64,000 nucleotides of DNA from Eledone cirrhosa (GCA_964016885.1 OZ024743.1:217000001-217064000); one strand, 5' to 3'; counted from the stretch's first letter, positions 26,110 to 40,367 are shown. Made by a program: numbers and translations. The notes: generated from the sequence alone by a model not told the origin.

Positions 26110-26620
26110 GAGGTATAAATCGCGTACATTCATGTAAAACGATAGACACGAACATACAAACAGAAATATATCACATATCATTATTTTCTGAACGGCTTTT
26201 GTCAATGAGCAGTGGCCATTCTGGTGTGCTGCCTTCAAGTGTTTAGTTCAGAATATTGGCACAAGACTGCTAAGTAACGTGCCAGTAATGGCTTATTTTC
26301 TGATTTGGTTTAGCCAGCTGCTCGACGCCGTCATCCTATTTCATAGGTTGCGAATTTTCTTTCCGAAACCATGTCCAGATTTCAGATCATGCTCATCTAG
26401 ATGGGGGCTGAGACGAAAATTGATTTGAACCGTCTGGCTTTGCGTTTTGCAGATGAAGTGCTTTTGGATAACTGATAGATTTTGACATTTACAGTTTTCC
26501 ATTCTCAGCAAAGATTATCCCCAAGTATTTGAATTAGTTCGTTCTATTAACCAGCTGTCTCTTGATGGCTTTGCTCTCGCCCCAAAGTGTAACATTAAAA
26601 CTTTCAACACCGGATTTAAT
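26110..26620 (-). mobile_element. decayed non-LTR retrotransposon RT fragment
   Basis: Minus-strand FKYLGIIFAENGK at ~26495-26533; GC-richer block. Confidence 0.5.
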
Positions 26621-26837
26621 CATTATTCAAGTAGTGGGCAGGTAGTGTCTAGAGTGAATTTCATATATTAGTGTGGCTGCACATATGCAAAAGCATTGCT
26701 CTATGGTTTTATATATATTTTTTTATGTATATATTATCCTTATCCAGCCCTCTTCGTATTTTAGTCTTGACATTTATTATTATTATTACTATATATATTA
26801 CTATATATATTACTATATAAATTATTACTATATATAT

Positions 26838-26936
26838 AAAACGAAGGAAGTGTGACAAGGAACCAGATGGACCATAATACACCAGAGAACTCAATACTTA
26901 GGGTAGTAGAGTGGGTAATAGGAAAATGTTTAACAT

Positions 26937-26940
<4 letters not shown>
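26838..26940 (-). mobile_element. Family C fragment between TA tracts with a short terminal hairpin
   Basis: Reverse complement of 17190-17277; GAAAATGTT-T-AACATTTTC hairpin. Confidence 0.8.
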
Positions 26941-26987
<47 letters not shown>

Positions 26988-27001
26988 AAATAACAGATTA
27001 A

Positions 27002-27052
27002 AGTTTAAGCAAAGAATCGCTGCTTTCACCCTTAACGGGATCTTCTGAAACT
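27002..27052 (-). ncRNA. hammerhead-like motif with variant core CAGAAGA (family E fragment 26984-27052)
   Basis: agttt-CAGAAGA-tcccgttaagggt-GAAA-gca-gcgattctt-tgc-TT-aaact; all three stems can form. Confidence 0.6.
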
Positions 27053-27059
27053 ATATATA

Positions 27060-27345
27060 AGTAGAAGGGATATTTAATTTGTTGCAAATCCAACAAATAT
27101 AAATGTTTATAACTGATTTAGAGCACTCGACAGTTTTCAATTATATTAAATAAATGGAAACTATATTTATAAAACCATATTTATTCTACCAAAAAACTCT
27201 GGTACGCTTTCATCAGATAAAATACAAAGAGTGTTTTATAAATTTTGACATAGCCAAGGATAATCATACCTTATCAGTTGAATATTTATAATAGAATAAA
27301 TATGGTTTTATAAACATAGTTTCCATTTATTTAATATCATTGTAT
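27060..27345. mobile_element. Family F fold-back element
   Basis: Arms ~27143-27188 / ~27292-27337 are inverted; the minus-strand CTGATGA is retained but the GAAA segment is deleted. Confidence 0.75.
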
Positions 27346-28009
27346 ATACATATATATAATTTTAAGAAATCACACTAACAGCAGATGCTTTGTGTATCTA
27401 TGCATTGTAACACTCTACCACATTACTATCTTACTCAATGTTAACTGAAATGAATTTAGGCAAAGTAGAACTCTTATACAGAATTAGTAGTGTAGTGGTA
27501 ATATTGAAACAAATAAGTTAGTGTTATCAATAAAATTAATACAACTTACAAACAATCGGCAATCAACTCAATTAATAAAAACAAATTATTGATATACACC
27601 AGCACATTAATTAGGTTTTCCAATAAAATTGATACAACTAATATCAACCGATCAATAATCGAATCAATTAATAAAGATATCAAAAATATTGATGTCTACC
27701 AAATTCACCAATGTTTCTATCGGGTACGGAAATATGAGCATATTCAAACAGTCAGTTGCATAATAACCTGGAATTGACATAAGATCTTCAGTGAACACTG
27801 TCCAATAAATAAGACAGGGAAAATATAAAATATAATTTCCGGTATTCTGCTTTTATTTTTCTGCCAGCAGCTTGAAAACAAGTAGCTGTATCATCGGCTG
27901 TCTTGTAAAAAGTTGTGGATTTAAAGAAAAATGCGGCCGAGGAATCTGACTATTCAATTGAATTAGTAAGTTCGCCGTATTGTTTTACTACAGAAAGTAG
28001 TCTAATAAT

Positions 28010-28198
28010 TGTTTCTAGTTTTGGCACAAGGCCAGCAATTACCCAGTGCATTACTGCTACTTTATTTTATCGACCTCGTAAAGATGAAAGGCAAAGTTAA
28101 CCACGGCCGAATTTGAACTCAGAATGGCAAGGGCCGTAACTCGAGACGTCAAAGCACGGTGTCCGACCCTCTACCGATACTGCTAATCCATCGCCATT
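28010..28198 (-). mobile_element. tRNA-derived SINE with TSD
   Basis: TSD AGAAAGTA(G/A)TCTAATAAT at 27992-28009 and 28199-28216. Confidence 0.94.
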
Positions 28199-28674
28199 AG
28201 AAAGTAATCTAATAATAACCATTCATTTTTCCGTTTAGATTACTATTAGGCTGTTTCTGTATAGAGAAAAGTACGGCATATTATTATAACACATGCATAA
28301 ATCGTTGTATTAATTAGCGAACCGTATAATGTAATCTACCTTTAGCATGTTTCCTACACATATTACGAGCTTTGCATGGTTATACCCACAGTTAAAAGGT
28401 GAATTATATTAGTTGACTCACCTACATATCAGAGATAAAACTACGTTCGTTTACCTGGGTACTTAATGTGATCATTTGTAGAGATCACCGAATTTTCATG
28501 CTTCTCACATACGGAATTATCTACAATGTGGATTGAACCGGTTTCAGACGGGAATAGAAAATTCAGCACTGCTTCAAAATGTCCACTGAACTAAGTATCC
28601 AAAGGTATAGTAAAACATATTAAAAACATTCTTCTGTATTTGAAAAGCAACATATAACTCTCGCAACACACATG

Positions 28675-28728
<54 letters not shown>

Positions 28729-28788
28729 ACATATGTATATACACACACACACATATATATATATATGTGTGTGTATGTATATATACAC

Positions 28789-28823
<35 letters not shown>

Positions 28824-30242
28824 TATATATATATATTCCTATGAGAATATGTGCATATATGTATATACAGGAGGAAGTAATTTTTCTGCATATATACTTG
28901 AAAGGGTGTGTCAGTATTTGTTTGCGAGTGTGTGTCGGTGCACGTGAGCGCGTTCATGTAAGGTGATCGGAGAATTGACCATATTTGACTAAACGTATTT
29001 ACTTTCAGAAGTAATCGAAGTGATAAAAGTGAAAGGCATTGAATTCGATATTCAATCACACGTGAAATGTGTGCACTGCATTTAAGCAAGCCGTCACTTC
29101 ATTGACCTATTTATATATACATATGCAGTGCATAGCCATGTTATATCGACCTATAAAATGAAAGTTGCAGTCTAATCTCTGCTCCATTTACTTATTTTCC
29201 TGTACATACATACCTACCTACGAACTTACATGTGTATATGCATACATGCAAACAAAAATGTATATGTATGTAGGTATGTATGTATGTATGTATGTTTGTA
29301 TGTATGTATGTATGTATGCATATGTGTATGTGTGTATATATATATGTGTATGTATGTATGTGTGTATTTGTGTATGTATGTATGCATGTATGTATGTATG
29401 TGCAATTTTTAATATATATTTCAAAGAGCCATATAATGTAGTGAAAATAAAATAAAATGGAATTTAAAATAAACTTAGGGAGATGACTTTCATTGAACTT
29501 AGGTGAATAAATTACTCCGAATTATAAAGGTTATATGGCGTTTGTGAAAAGTGATTAGCAGAGCACTCAATCACAAAGCTTAAAGAGTGTGACACTTGCA
29601 TGTTTGTGGGTTGTATAGTGTGTGTGTGTGCTTAAATATTTGACCTCAATGATATGTTGCTGCGAATATTTTGTACGTTTGTACATATTTGAGGTTTATG
29701 TTAAGAATCTATCTACCTATTTATATTATTTACCTCGTGTTTGTCTATTAGAAGTTATTCCATGTATGGAATTATTTGCCTTGTTTACTTATATATCAGC
29801 ATATGTTTAAATTATATATGAGTATGTGTAATGCGTATATAATTGTTATGTTGTATGTAACATATATGCTACCATTCATATCTTCGTTTAGTGAATATAA
29901 TGTGAGTCTTAAGAAATACATCAATTTTATGTTGTTATTGGGCGATGAATTGGAAGAATTGTTAGAGCGTCTGATAAAATACTTGGGGGTATTTAAATTT
30001 GGCTCTTTAATTTCAGAGGTAAAATCGGTCAGATTTCCTTTCCCTTTTTCCGGAGCTCATAAAATATATTACTAGTCACGTACTGGAGTCGATTACCTCG
30101 ACTTCCACTCCCCACAGATTATCGACCTTGTGCTTAATTTAGAAAACAGTTTATTCGGTTGGTGGGTAGTTGGAATCCCGCTGAGATCAACACTGCTATT
30201 TATTTTGCCGACATCTATAAAAAAGTGATTGTATAGTTGAAA

Positions 30243-30384
30243 TTCTTCTTCTTCTTCTTCTTCTTCTTCTTCTTCTTCTTCTTCTTCTTCTTCTTCTTCT
30301 TCTTCTTCTTCTTCTTCTTCTTCTTCTTCTTCTTCTTCTTCTTCTTCTTCTTCTTCTTCTTCTTCTTCTTCTTCTTCTTCTTCC
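30243..30384. repeat. (TTC)n microsatellite, the (GAA)n tail of the adjacent LINE
   Basis: Perfect trinucleotide run directly abutting the LINE 3' end. Confidence 0.95.
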
Positions 30385-30905
30385 TGGAACACAGTCCTCG
30401 AACACTCCTTCCTGCGGGTCCTGTCAGTAGCGACCGACCGTTTCCAACATATACGACTGGATCCGCGCTCGGGGGTCTACTCCTGGGTCACTTCCCACGA
30501 GCTACGAGGAATCACATTTCGGCTGCTTGTATTCGTGATCGTATTATTTTGGCCATTACTCAAGATGCATGACCACAAGTAAGTTTTGGCACGAATACCG
30601 AATTGAAGATCACTATTTTGGCTTTTACACCTACCACCTTCCTCTGAATACAAAACGCTGAAGCTGCCGCATTTCTACAACAGCTACGGCAGTTATTGCA
30701 CTTTATTCATCCTCCTGCCTTCCATCTCTCGTGGACACGACCCCAATATACCGTAACCTCTCCACCTGATTCGGTGGAACTCCATTCACATATAGAGTGC
30801 ACTGCGCAGGCGCTCTTCAAAGTACAGGTGTCTTAGTTTTCGCAGTCTTGATTTTCATTCCAGTCATGCAGCCCTCGGCATCAAACCTATGTAGTGGAAG
30901 TCGGA
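30385..30905 (-). mobile_element. RTE-clade (Rex3/Expander-like) LINE 3' fragment
   Basis: Minus-strand KAKIVIFNSVFVPKLTCGHAS*VMAKIIRSRIQAAEM*FL then GK*PRSRP, resembling the LTYGHExWxMT..RSRIQAAEMxFL and GRRPRGRP motifs. Confidence 0.8.
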
Positions 30906-30930
30906 GATCACCTTCTGTTGAATCAAATAA

Positions 30931-31036
30931 TTGTTTCTACTTTTGGCACAAGGCCAGCAATAACCCAGTGTATTACTGTTACTTTATCTTATCGACCCCG
31001 TAAGGATGAAAGGCAAAGTTAACCTCGGCGGGATTT
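30931..31036 (-). mobile_element. tRNA-derived SINE, 5'-truncated
   Basis: SINE 3' half ending CCTCGGCGGGATTT. Confidence 0.9.
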
Positions 31037-34000
31037 AAATAATAATTGGTTGAAATATTTGGGTTTAATCGATTATTCCATTCTTAATGTATGGCGGTAC
31101 TGCGCTCATAGAAACAAGGATTACATAGCCACAGTTCACCTGATTGAACAGGCCTATGATCAAATGCATTCCAGCATTGACCATCCAGTATTTTTTTTAT
31201 TTTCAGACAAGATTATCTAGTGTATCGTTGCTTAATTAAGTTTGTTAATATGCAATTCCAGCGGTATATATTTGCTATTCACAGTCAGCAAAACGACTAT
31301 TTAAGCTCTCTAGGCATACACGTAATAAGGTGGAGACCTGTACTCATGGATACTAATACAACTATGAAGGAGATGTGGCTGCTAGCTCTAACATGTATAG
31401 CGAGTATATATGCTTGTAAGTTATTCCCTCGGATACCAGTACAACTATTTCTTTGTCCCGATATATCTAACGATTAATCGATCAAACAATTAATCATTAA
31501 TCGATATATTTCACTTTCAAAAATATCAAACATACTCACAATACAATCGACTTTACACAGTGATGCTACAGATGCCCTTTGTATTATTTCTTTCAGACAT
31601 TTAGCTGTAGCCACGATGGGGCACCACCACCACCACCACCCCTTGCTTCAAACTCCTTTCCTTCCTTTTGATTTTTATTTGATATACTTTCTATATTTGT
31701 TTCTTTTTAGCTTTATTTGTCCTAGTTATATAATTCATAATTCTCAAATTCTCAAATAAATTTATACTGTTTTGCCCCCAGTGTAAATTGTCTTTTTCAC
31801 GTTATCAACTCTTTTAAATTCAATACTTGAAAACATCTCTCATTATATTTATAAAAATATACTTATGTTTATATTCTTTTTATTCTCAGTCTCTCTTTCT
31901 CCCTTCATCTCACTATTTCTTAATTTCTTCACGTTCAGTACACAACATTATATTCCTTCTAGTATTGTTTTCTTTACTTTTCTCTTTTTTGTCACTTCCA
32001 CTAACATCTCATTTTGTATTTATTCCTCCACCCGTTTTTCTTCATGTACACATACAAAATCGCTCACACATGGACGTTTGTTCATTCATTCCCCATACAG
32101 TCCCCTCCCTCTCTTCTTTTACACTACTCATACCTAATCTTTATTTCACATACATTTCTACACATTTATCATCACATGACTAGTCCATTAAGTGTAACAC
32201 AAACAAATCTTATTTCAAACCCACTATCACATTTTCCTTGTTCCACTTCCTATACGTATGGATGTTGTACTTATGTACGTTTGTTTCGTCTTTTTCCTTT
32301 CTACATTGGGGAAGATCTTAACTTGCGAAACAGTTTGACTCATCTGTTCGTTACATTGTACGTAGCTGGCACTTTCTATCCTAGCACTTATTTTATTAAA
32401 TTGTCTAATATATCCAAAACGACCTTTATATATGTTGTGATTTATATTCATACTTTATCTTTCTTGCTAAATTCATCACTTTACTCTACAACCTACTCTG
32501 TCAAATAAGCACACCTGCATGCATATATATTAGCGATGGGAATGAAGGGTTGGTGCGCAGTTTCAAATTGAGGGGTAATTAGTCAAAATCTTCCACCATT
32601 CCCACCTCCCTATCTCACACCTTATTGTGCCCATTGTTTCTAAATCCTACTCCCAACATTACACACTTGAGCACAAAATCACACCTCCAATAGAGATTTA
32701 TATAAACGAAACGCTTGATCTTCTATAAATTGCAATCACAAATTACACATTACTGCTTTAAATATCAGAGGAACATAGTAGATTTAGATGGATATTCCTC
32801 AAAGAGGGCTGATACGACCCTCAGAACTGGTATAGTTTGAAACTGGACGTTTCTGTGGGTGTCACCGCAATGTTTAACATGGAAGATACATTCAGATGAT
32901 GGCGAATATTAATGGTTTTACAAGGTAAACACCTTTGAGCAAACACGTTTGAGTACAAGTGCTCTCGATATTCTATTTGAGAAAACAAAAAAAATAAATA
33001 AAAACCCGGATAATCATCGATGAAACTCATGATCACAACCTAGCTTGATCAGAACTAGCCACCAACTGAACAACAACAATAAGAGTGTCTATGAATCCCA
33101 TCCGTTCTTTTCATTCCTGTAATTTTTTCCTCTCAACATATATATTTTTATCATTATCAACTTGTAAAACGTACACATCTTTTTCATTCATCTTTTCTTC
33201 ACATGCTGCTTTCATTCCTTTGCCATTACTGTAAGCTTTAAAATGAATATACTTTTCAATATACTTATAAATTTCTATGAACTTTCACACATGCGTACGA
33301 ATACACATCTTTATATACATGTCTGCATATATAACATGAATTTAAGCTATTAAATTCTCGGACATCAGTTTTTGCGAAGAAAGATTATTTTCTCTCTAAT
33401 AAGCAGAGAAATAAACATAAAGAACAGTATTAACTGTTTCTGAAAAATTCCCTCACGAGAGATGCACTTGCATTTTTTAATAATATATCAGCATTTGTTA
33501 TCAATCTCTTTACTTTTCCTTTGTCTCTTTTTAGTGCTTTAATATATAGTGCTCATAATTTAAACCTTCTTACCACTCAAAGCAAATTAATAAATATATA
33601 AATATTTCAATTTACTTTCAGAGAAACTTGAACCAAATGGTGGATTTATCTGACATCAACTATTTGTTATCCTCGCTTTGCATTAATAATGCTTGGCTAA
33701 AATCCAAAGTATTGTTTAGATAAGTCTTTCAAGTTGACGCTAAAGAATGATTTATTGTACTTAGTGTGAATGGTTCCACGGGGAAAACATTTGACAAAGA
33801 TGGATGTAGATCCAATAGCATGGATTTCATAATGGAGGAAATTTCTTCCTTCTAAATCTTCTTATTTGTATATGCATCTGATACAGAATATTTAAAGATA
33901 ATGTATATTATACGTTTGTAGGAAATACACTTTAGTACGTCTATACTAAATTCTATTAGAATACAATACATTATACAAATACATAACTCATCATTAATGA

Positions 34001-36632
34001 CAAAAACAACGTGATCTATTTAGTCATTGTCATTCGTTGACCTTAACATTTCTCAAACTAATGTTGGATTACTTTTATTAGGTACGTTGCCAACATATTT
34101 TGGAGGAGGGATATGTTAAATTTCATCTACTGTAGTATATTATTGTCTATAATTTATCGATGTGGAGAAGATCAAATACAGATCAAACCCTACAGCTATT
34201 GATAGTTCGAATGTACAAAAAAAACAAAAAAAAACAATATAAAACACTGTCATTTGGAATAGTGATATATTTTCTGTATTCTCTCTACATACTATTTCAT
34301 TTATATTAACCTATATTGGCTTCTTAGGTACACCGCTAAAGTAGTAGGGTTAGAGTATAGTGGATTATGTTGACTTCAGTAGACTACTGGAAAATCACTA
34401 ACAAAATAATGAAAATTCAAATCGATATCCATGTGTTTGGAGCTCAGAATTCGAGGATAAGTATGGAAGTATTCTAGTATATTTCAGGCATTGCTCTGCT
34501 ACTATCATATTTGTAATATACTGGGACATTAAAATGTCAGTTGGTAAATGTCATCAGTTCAATAACGGGAAACTCTGTATTAATACTTACACGCCGTTCA
34601 ACTGTTTTATGGTCAATTGTGTAGACTTGTCAGCAAATAAATATAGGGAAAAACAACTCAATTATACAAAGTTGAAATGTTACTTAACCACGTGTTCTAG
34701 TCAAGTTAATATATGTTTAAGTGCAAAAACTGGGAAACCTTCACCGCAAGTGGAATTAGATTATGGCAATTGTCAAAATTTCCATTGTGCGTTTTATATA
34801 TAGGCTTGAAAATGACATAGAATGTATACGTTACACTTATGGAGGAGTAGTTGCATGCTTACGACGATGCATCTCATATGAGGTTTCTCGGTTGTTGTAA
34901 AGATAGAGGACTCAGTCTTCAGTCCTGTGATTAAAAGCAACGCGAACAGAAATGGTTTGATCTAGAATACAATGCGTCGCCCGGTCCTGGAATTGAACCA
35001 GCGTGAGTGTAAACGCTCACTTCCATGTCTTTTACTTTCCACATTTTCATGAAATGTCAGATTTATGTATTTTACAAATACATTTCAACCACTCTTTGTT
35101 TCCAAACTTTTCCTGTTAAATCTTAGTTTGCTGCCTTTGTGTTAAGTATATTAACCTCATGAAAACCGTTATGATCCACAAACCAACATCTATCTATCTT
35201 TCTCTCTGTTTCTTTATATTTCTCGCAACATGTTAATTCCTTATGTCAGATAGTCTGATGCAAATCCTACATTTAAATAATTGATTAGGTGATAGAGATC
35301 ATTCTTTTGTTTATTGGTGTCACTGTCGGTGTGATATTAGTTACCATAGAAATAGTATAATGACTACAGGAAACATCTAATTTATCCTCTCTCGCAAACT
35401 TCGATTTCCCCTGTTTTCAAATCATTAAAGTGTATAATCATCAATCTTGTCACATGCCAATGTCTTGTCTAGCAGTATAATGCAAGGTTTATTTATAATA
35501 TCAACTTCAGGTTGCATCAGTACTTACCGATAAATAGAATCATAATAATCCATAGAGAGATATACAGATTCATAGTTCAGTAGAAAATATAATACAGGTT
35601 TCAAATAATATTTACAATCAATTTTATAGTTACTTAAGACTTTAATAGTGTTAAACAAAAGCCCCCCCCCCCCCCATGTCATCTCACTTAATCTGTGGCA
35701 ACTTGTTGAAAATAAATATACTCCCGCCCTGTTTGTGATCAGTCATTTGTGTTTACATCTCAACCATGATATCACAACCTAAAACGGAAATTTATTCTAA
35801 GCATTATTTTGGGCTCTAATACCAATAATAGCATAAAACAACGTTATTCTTTTACTAATTAACTAATGATGAATGGTTTAGTGTGTTATTATGTATTTTA
35901 GTAGGACAGTAAATGAAATAGGCTTACATCAAAATTTCTTCTCAAATTCATACTGTTTTTCATCATAATAAAATATGTGGAAATCTAGAATCACCGACTA
36001 TACCCACTGAGTAGGTGAAATTTTCCCATCTGGTGGTAAATTTACACCATACTGGGAGCCACTGTTTTAAAGCCTTTAAGGTCACAGCAGTCAGTATTTG
36101 TTAAATGTTAAAAGGAAAATATTGAGCACATTAATCTGGAATAGAAATGTGATATATAGTTAGGTTTCCGGCCACATTTTTGCATAGTGTCTTATCACTT
36201 TAGAGACATTGATTTAAAATATTAAACCGCCATACAATAGCAGCTATTACATTTATTTCCTATGACATTTCCTCTAATTAAAACCTGCATTAGAATAGCC
36301 ATCATGGAATAGAGGCTGGTGGATAGAATAATCAAATATTAAAGGTAGATAAGACAATCCATTGAAGAACAATTTCAATGGTACCTGATGTACCAAGCTA
36401 ATCATCAGAACTAATTAGAAACCCGATAACCCGATTATCATATCCTGTCATTATCGATGCGTTGAGTCAGTCAGTGGTGATTTAGCAACCAAAGAGTGAA
36501 TTCGTCTAGCTATAATTAGCTACTGTGCGGTGATAAGACTCCTTGTAGTACATAGCAGCTGCACTAAAAGTGACGTTTGATTCGTAATGTTGTGGTGACG
36601 TTGGCCTAAAGATATATATATATATATATATT

Positions 36633-37218
36633 AGTTTTGCGAGGTTTTTTATATGAAATCGTGTGTCGAAACAAATATTGTTATACTTGGGGAGGGTCAT
36701 ATTTGCGTAATATTGCCAGAATTAATAACAGAACACACTAATTGTTTGGTTGGTTTTCGCTTTTCGCTTCTGTGTCTTTTATATCGGTAATCTAATATAA
36801 TATAATATACTCGGTCCTCAGTGTTGCCATTGACTGACCGGCGGTCAAAAATAATACAGATACAATATAGACACAAACACATATATATAGTTTATCATAA
36901 ATCTTTCGTTGCACATCTGCAACATCGTCAGTGGTTCTATTGTGAGGAGGAAACAATAGAACCACTGACGATGTTGCAGATGTGCAACGAAAGATTTATG
37001 ATAAACTATATATATGCGTTTGTGTCTATATTGTATCTGTATTATTTTTGACCGTCGGTCAGTCAATGGCAAGATTGAGGACCGAGTATATTATATTATA
37101 TTAGATTACCGATATAAAAGACACAGAAGCGAAAAGCGAAAACCAACCAAACAGTGAGTGTGTTCTGTTATTAATTCTGGCAATATTACACAAATATCAC
37201 CCTCCCCAAGTATAATAA
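36633..37218. mobile_element. Family D long fold-back element (~265-bp arms, 9-nt spacer) with two divergent hammerheads, flanked by (TA)n
   Basis: 36678-36943 is approximately the reverse complement of 36953-37218; the left arm extends to the family terminus AGTTTTGCGAGG. Confidence 0.92.
36961..37008 (+). ncRNA. hammerhead ribozyme motif (family D); mirror copy on the minus strand at 36888-36935
   Basis: acca-CTGACGA-t-gttgca-gatg-tgcaac-GAAA-gatt-TA-tgat. Stem II is a perfect 6 bp and the cores are intact; stem I is weak. Confidence 0.7.
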
Positions 37219-37220
37219 TA

Positions 37221-37300
<80 letters not shown>

Positions 37301-37384
37301 ATATATATATAAAGATATATATACACAGAAAGTGGATAATCATATACTTTAGTAAAGTTATACTTATCAATATATTACCATTAC

Positions 37385-37590
37385 TAGGGCAGTGAATTGA
37401 CTGCGTCGGACAACATGATTTATGACATAGGGTTACACCCCTTTACTACTTGATTTCAAATCCTGAGGCGCTTAGTTTTGTCTTTCTTCCGCACTGGGGC
37501 GACAAAATAAAGTACCAGTAATGACCTTGTTTCAATTTAATCAACTTTTCCCTTCCCAAAATCTTTTGGCATGTGCCTAAATCAGGAACC
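37385..37590 (+). mobile_element. older, diverged SINE
   Basis: GATTTCAAATCC B-box, GGGGCGACAAAATAAAGTACCAG central domain, GGCATGTGCCTAAA tail. Confidence 0.65.
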
Positions 37591-38702
37591 AATATATTAC
37601 CACCACTAATTATATCGACCCTGGTTGGTCTGGAACTTAGCTTCAACTAACTTAACTAAATACATTTACAATTCCTCTTCAACTTAATCGCATTAATAAA
37701 ACTGAATATGTATGTGCAAGAATAGAGTTATTATACCCCTACCCACTTAAGGACTGCCTAACCACCGGAGATTCATAAATTGGAGTCATATCCATTGGAA
37801 CACGTGAAGTACGACTTCACGATTTTCAAACAAAACAAAGATAATCAGAATTAATTGAAAGATAAACATCGATCTTCGATATGACTGTGTGGATATCTAA
37901 GTATGGATATCTAAGTATATTTTGACAAATAATGCTTTATTTTAAAATTAAATAGATTTATCAGAAATAGATTTATCAGAAATAATATGTGTGTGTGTTA
38001 AAGAAAAGACTAAGATAACAACATTCTATATATATTTTCAAGGCTAAGGAGTATGGTCACTTTAACCCTTTTGATAAGCAATCGCTTAACACCGACTCTG
38101 GTTCTATGATACAAAACTGTTCATTACAGATATGTATCTATCATAATTTTACGTAAGAACATTAATTTACGTTCCAATCACCAGCTTAATAAAGAAAACG
38201 TCTGTTATTGTACTAAATCTTTCCAAACACTGGATTATTTTCAAAATTATTTAAAAATAATAGACAGTGCCACATTATTAGAAAATGCCTACAATCTATT
38301 TTGCTAGAAACGGAAAATGGGGTGGGAAAACAGCCAAACTAATAACACAAGACATTAAAACCACCATTCAGCGATTCTTAGCAGTCCAGCACTTTCTCAA
38401 TCCCAATAATTATTTCTGACTTAAATTCAGCGACGATAATTTATAGGGAACGAGCACAGTCGATTGAATCAATAATGGCAGTTGACTTGAACTTATTTTA
38501 TCGATCTCAGATAGATGAAAGGCGAACCTGACCCTGATGCGATTTAGAATCTGAACACCATATAATGATAGATATTAGTAGGCCACTCAATTACACAGTG
38601 TTATAGAAATAATCGATCATATCAGAATTATGTTGTTCAAGTATCATTCTGACGACAGCGAAGCACGCAGTTCAAGTTTTAGAAAAACTCAAAATAATCT
38701 AT

Positions 38703-38956
38703 GAAGGAATACTATATATATATAGTAGGTATGGTGTGTGAAGGAACACTATGTTTATATAGTAGGTACAGTATGTGAAGGAACACTATGTTTATATAGT
38801 AAGTATGGTATGTCAAGGAACACTATGTTTATATAGAATGTATGGTATGTCAAGGAACATTATGTTTATATAGTAGGTATGTTATGTGAAGGAACAATAT
38901 GCTTATATAATAGGTATGGTATGTGAAGGAACAATATGTTTATATAGTAGGTATGG
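38703..38956. repeat. minisatellite, ~7 x 37-bp unit
   Basis: Unit GAAGGAACACTATGTTTATATAGTAGGTATGGTATGT in direct tandem with no spacers. Confidence 0.92.
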
Positions 38957-39371
38957 ATTTCTAGAGCGGCCTCATGTAAAAAAATGTGATTAGATTCTAG
39001 TGTTTGAAACTATTATGATCGACAGTTTAAATAATGAAGATTAGTTGTTGGATATAATCTACCTTTTCTATTCTTGTTGACTCAAACTATGGCCAGAAGA
39101 GTTAAGCTTCAACTCAATTGTTTATCTAATCAATTAAGCTATTGTTTAATTTACTAGTCTGGTACAATCTATTGGTAAACATGAGAATTCTAGATAAATA
39201 TCCTTGGGGCTTTATAATATTAATACACAGAACTAATCAGAGTATCTCTTCTTCTCCCCCTACATTTCTTCTGCTCCGCCTTCTCTCTCTCATTTTCTCT
39301 CACATTATCTCTCTCATCCTCTTCTTCAATATCTATCTTATTTTCTCTCTTATCCTCTCTCTTTTAACCTC

Positions 39372-39502
<131 letters not shown>

Positions 39503-39692
39503 AATATATATATATATATTATATATATATATATGCGTGATTTCTGTTTCTTTACGCCACTGTTCTTTTCTTTATATCATTCTGCTTGTTTCTCTAAATA
39601 TCTGAGATAAAAATAAGGCAACAATAGATATATTGATGTAAACACGCACATATACATATAGATGATAGTATATATGTGAATATATATACACA

Positions 39693-39783
<91 letters not shown>

Positions 39784-40189
39784 TACACACATGTCGACAC
39801 ACTCAGCTTTTGAAACAAAACATTTCAGAATAACATTGTATAGAAAAACATCAGTTTAGAAATATATAAATATAAATAAGATACCGATAAATTTAAGAAA
39901 AGAAACAAGAAAACACGAGAAAGCAAAGATGTAAAACTCCAAATATCATAGTAAGCGACAGAAATGCTTGTAGATATTTTAATTGCCTGAATTAGTAGGT
40001 AAGCAATGAAAACACAGTGACATTTTGATAACATGTCTGTAATCCTAACTGAAATAATAATAGACGTCAGCGACTTTGAAATCCTATAGCTGCTTTTCGC
40101 TAACTGCAGTTTTCATTACCACGAATTTTATAAGTATGGCTTTAAAGCACTGTAGTTGTTTTCAGATGTACGTAACCTATATAATATAA

Positions 40190-40240
40190 TGTATATATAT
40201 ATATATATATATATATAAATATAAATATATATAAATATAA

Positions 40241-40271
<31 letters not shown>

Positions 40272-40278
40272 AATATAA

Positions 40279-40367
<89 letters not shown>

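Noticed and set aside
34534-34803. Cys-rich 89-aa ORF
   Set aside because: No signal peptide or known cysteine spacing; compatible with chance in AT-rich DNA.
36633-37218. Interpreting the TA-flanked palindromes as Tc1/mariner MITEs or as read fold-back artefacts
   Set aside because: Arms are unequal, start at different family positions in different copies and differ by substitutions. The same sequence is the 3' end of a GIY-YIG element at 54717-55498.
38703-38956. 37-bp repeats resembling a CRISPR array in unit length
   Set aside because: Units are contiguous with no unique spacers, the context is eukaryotic and there are no cas genes.
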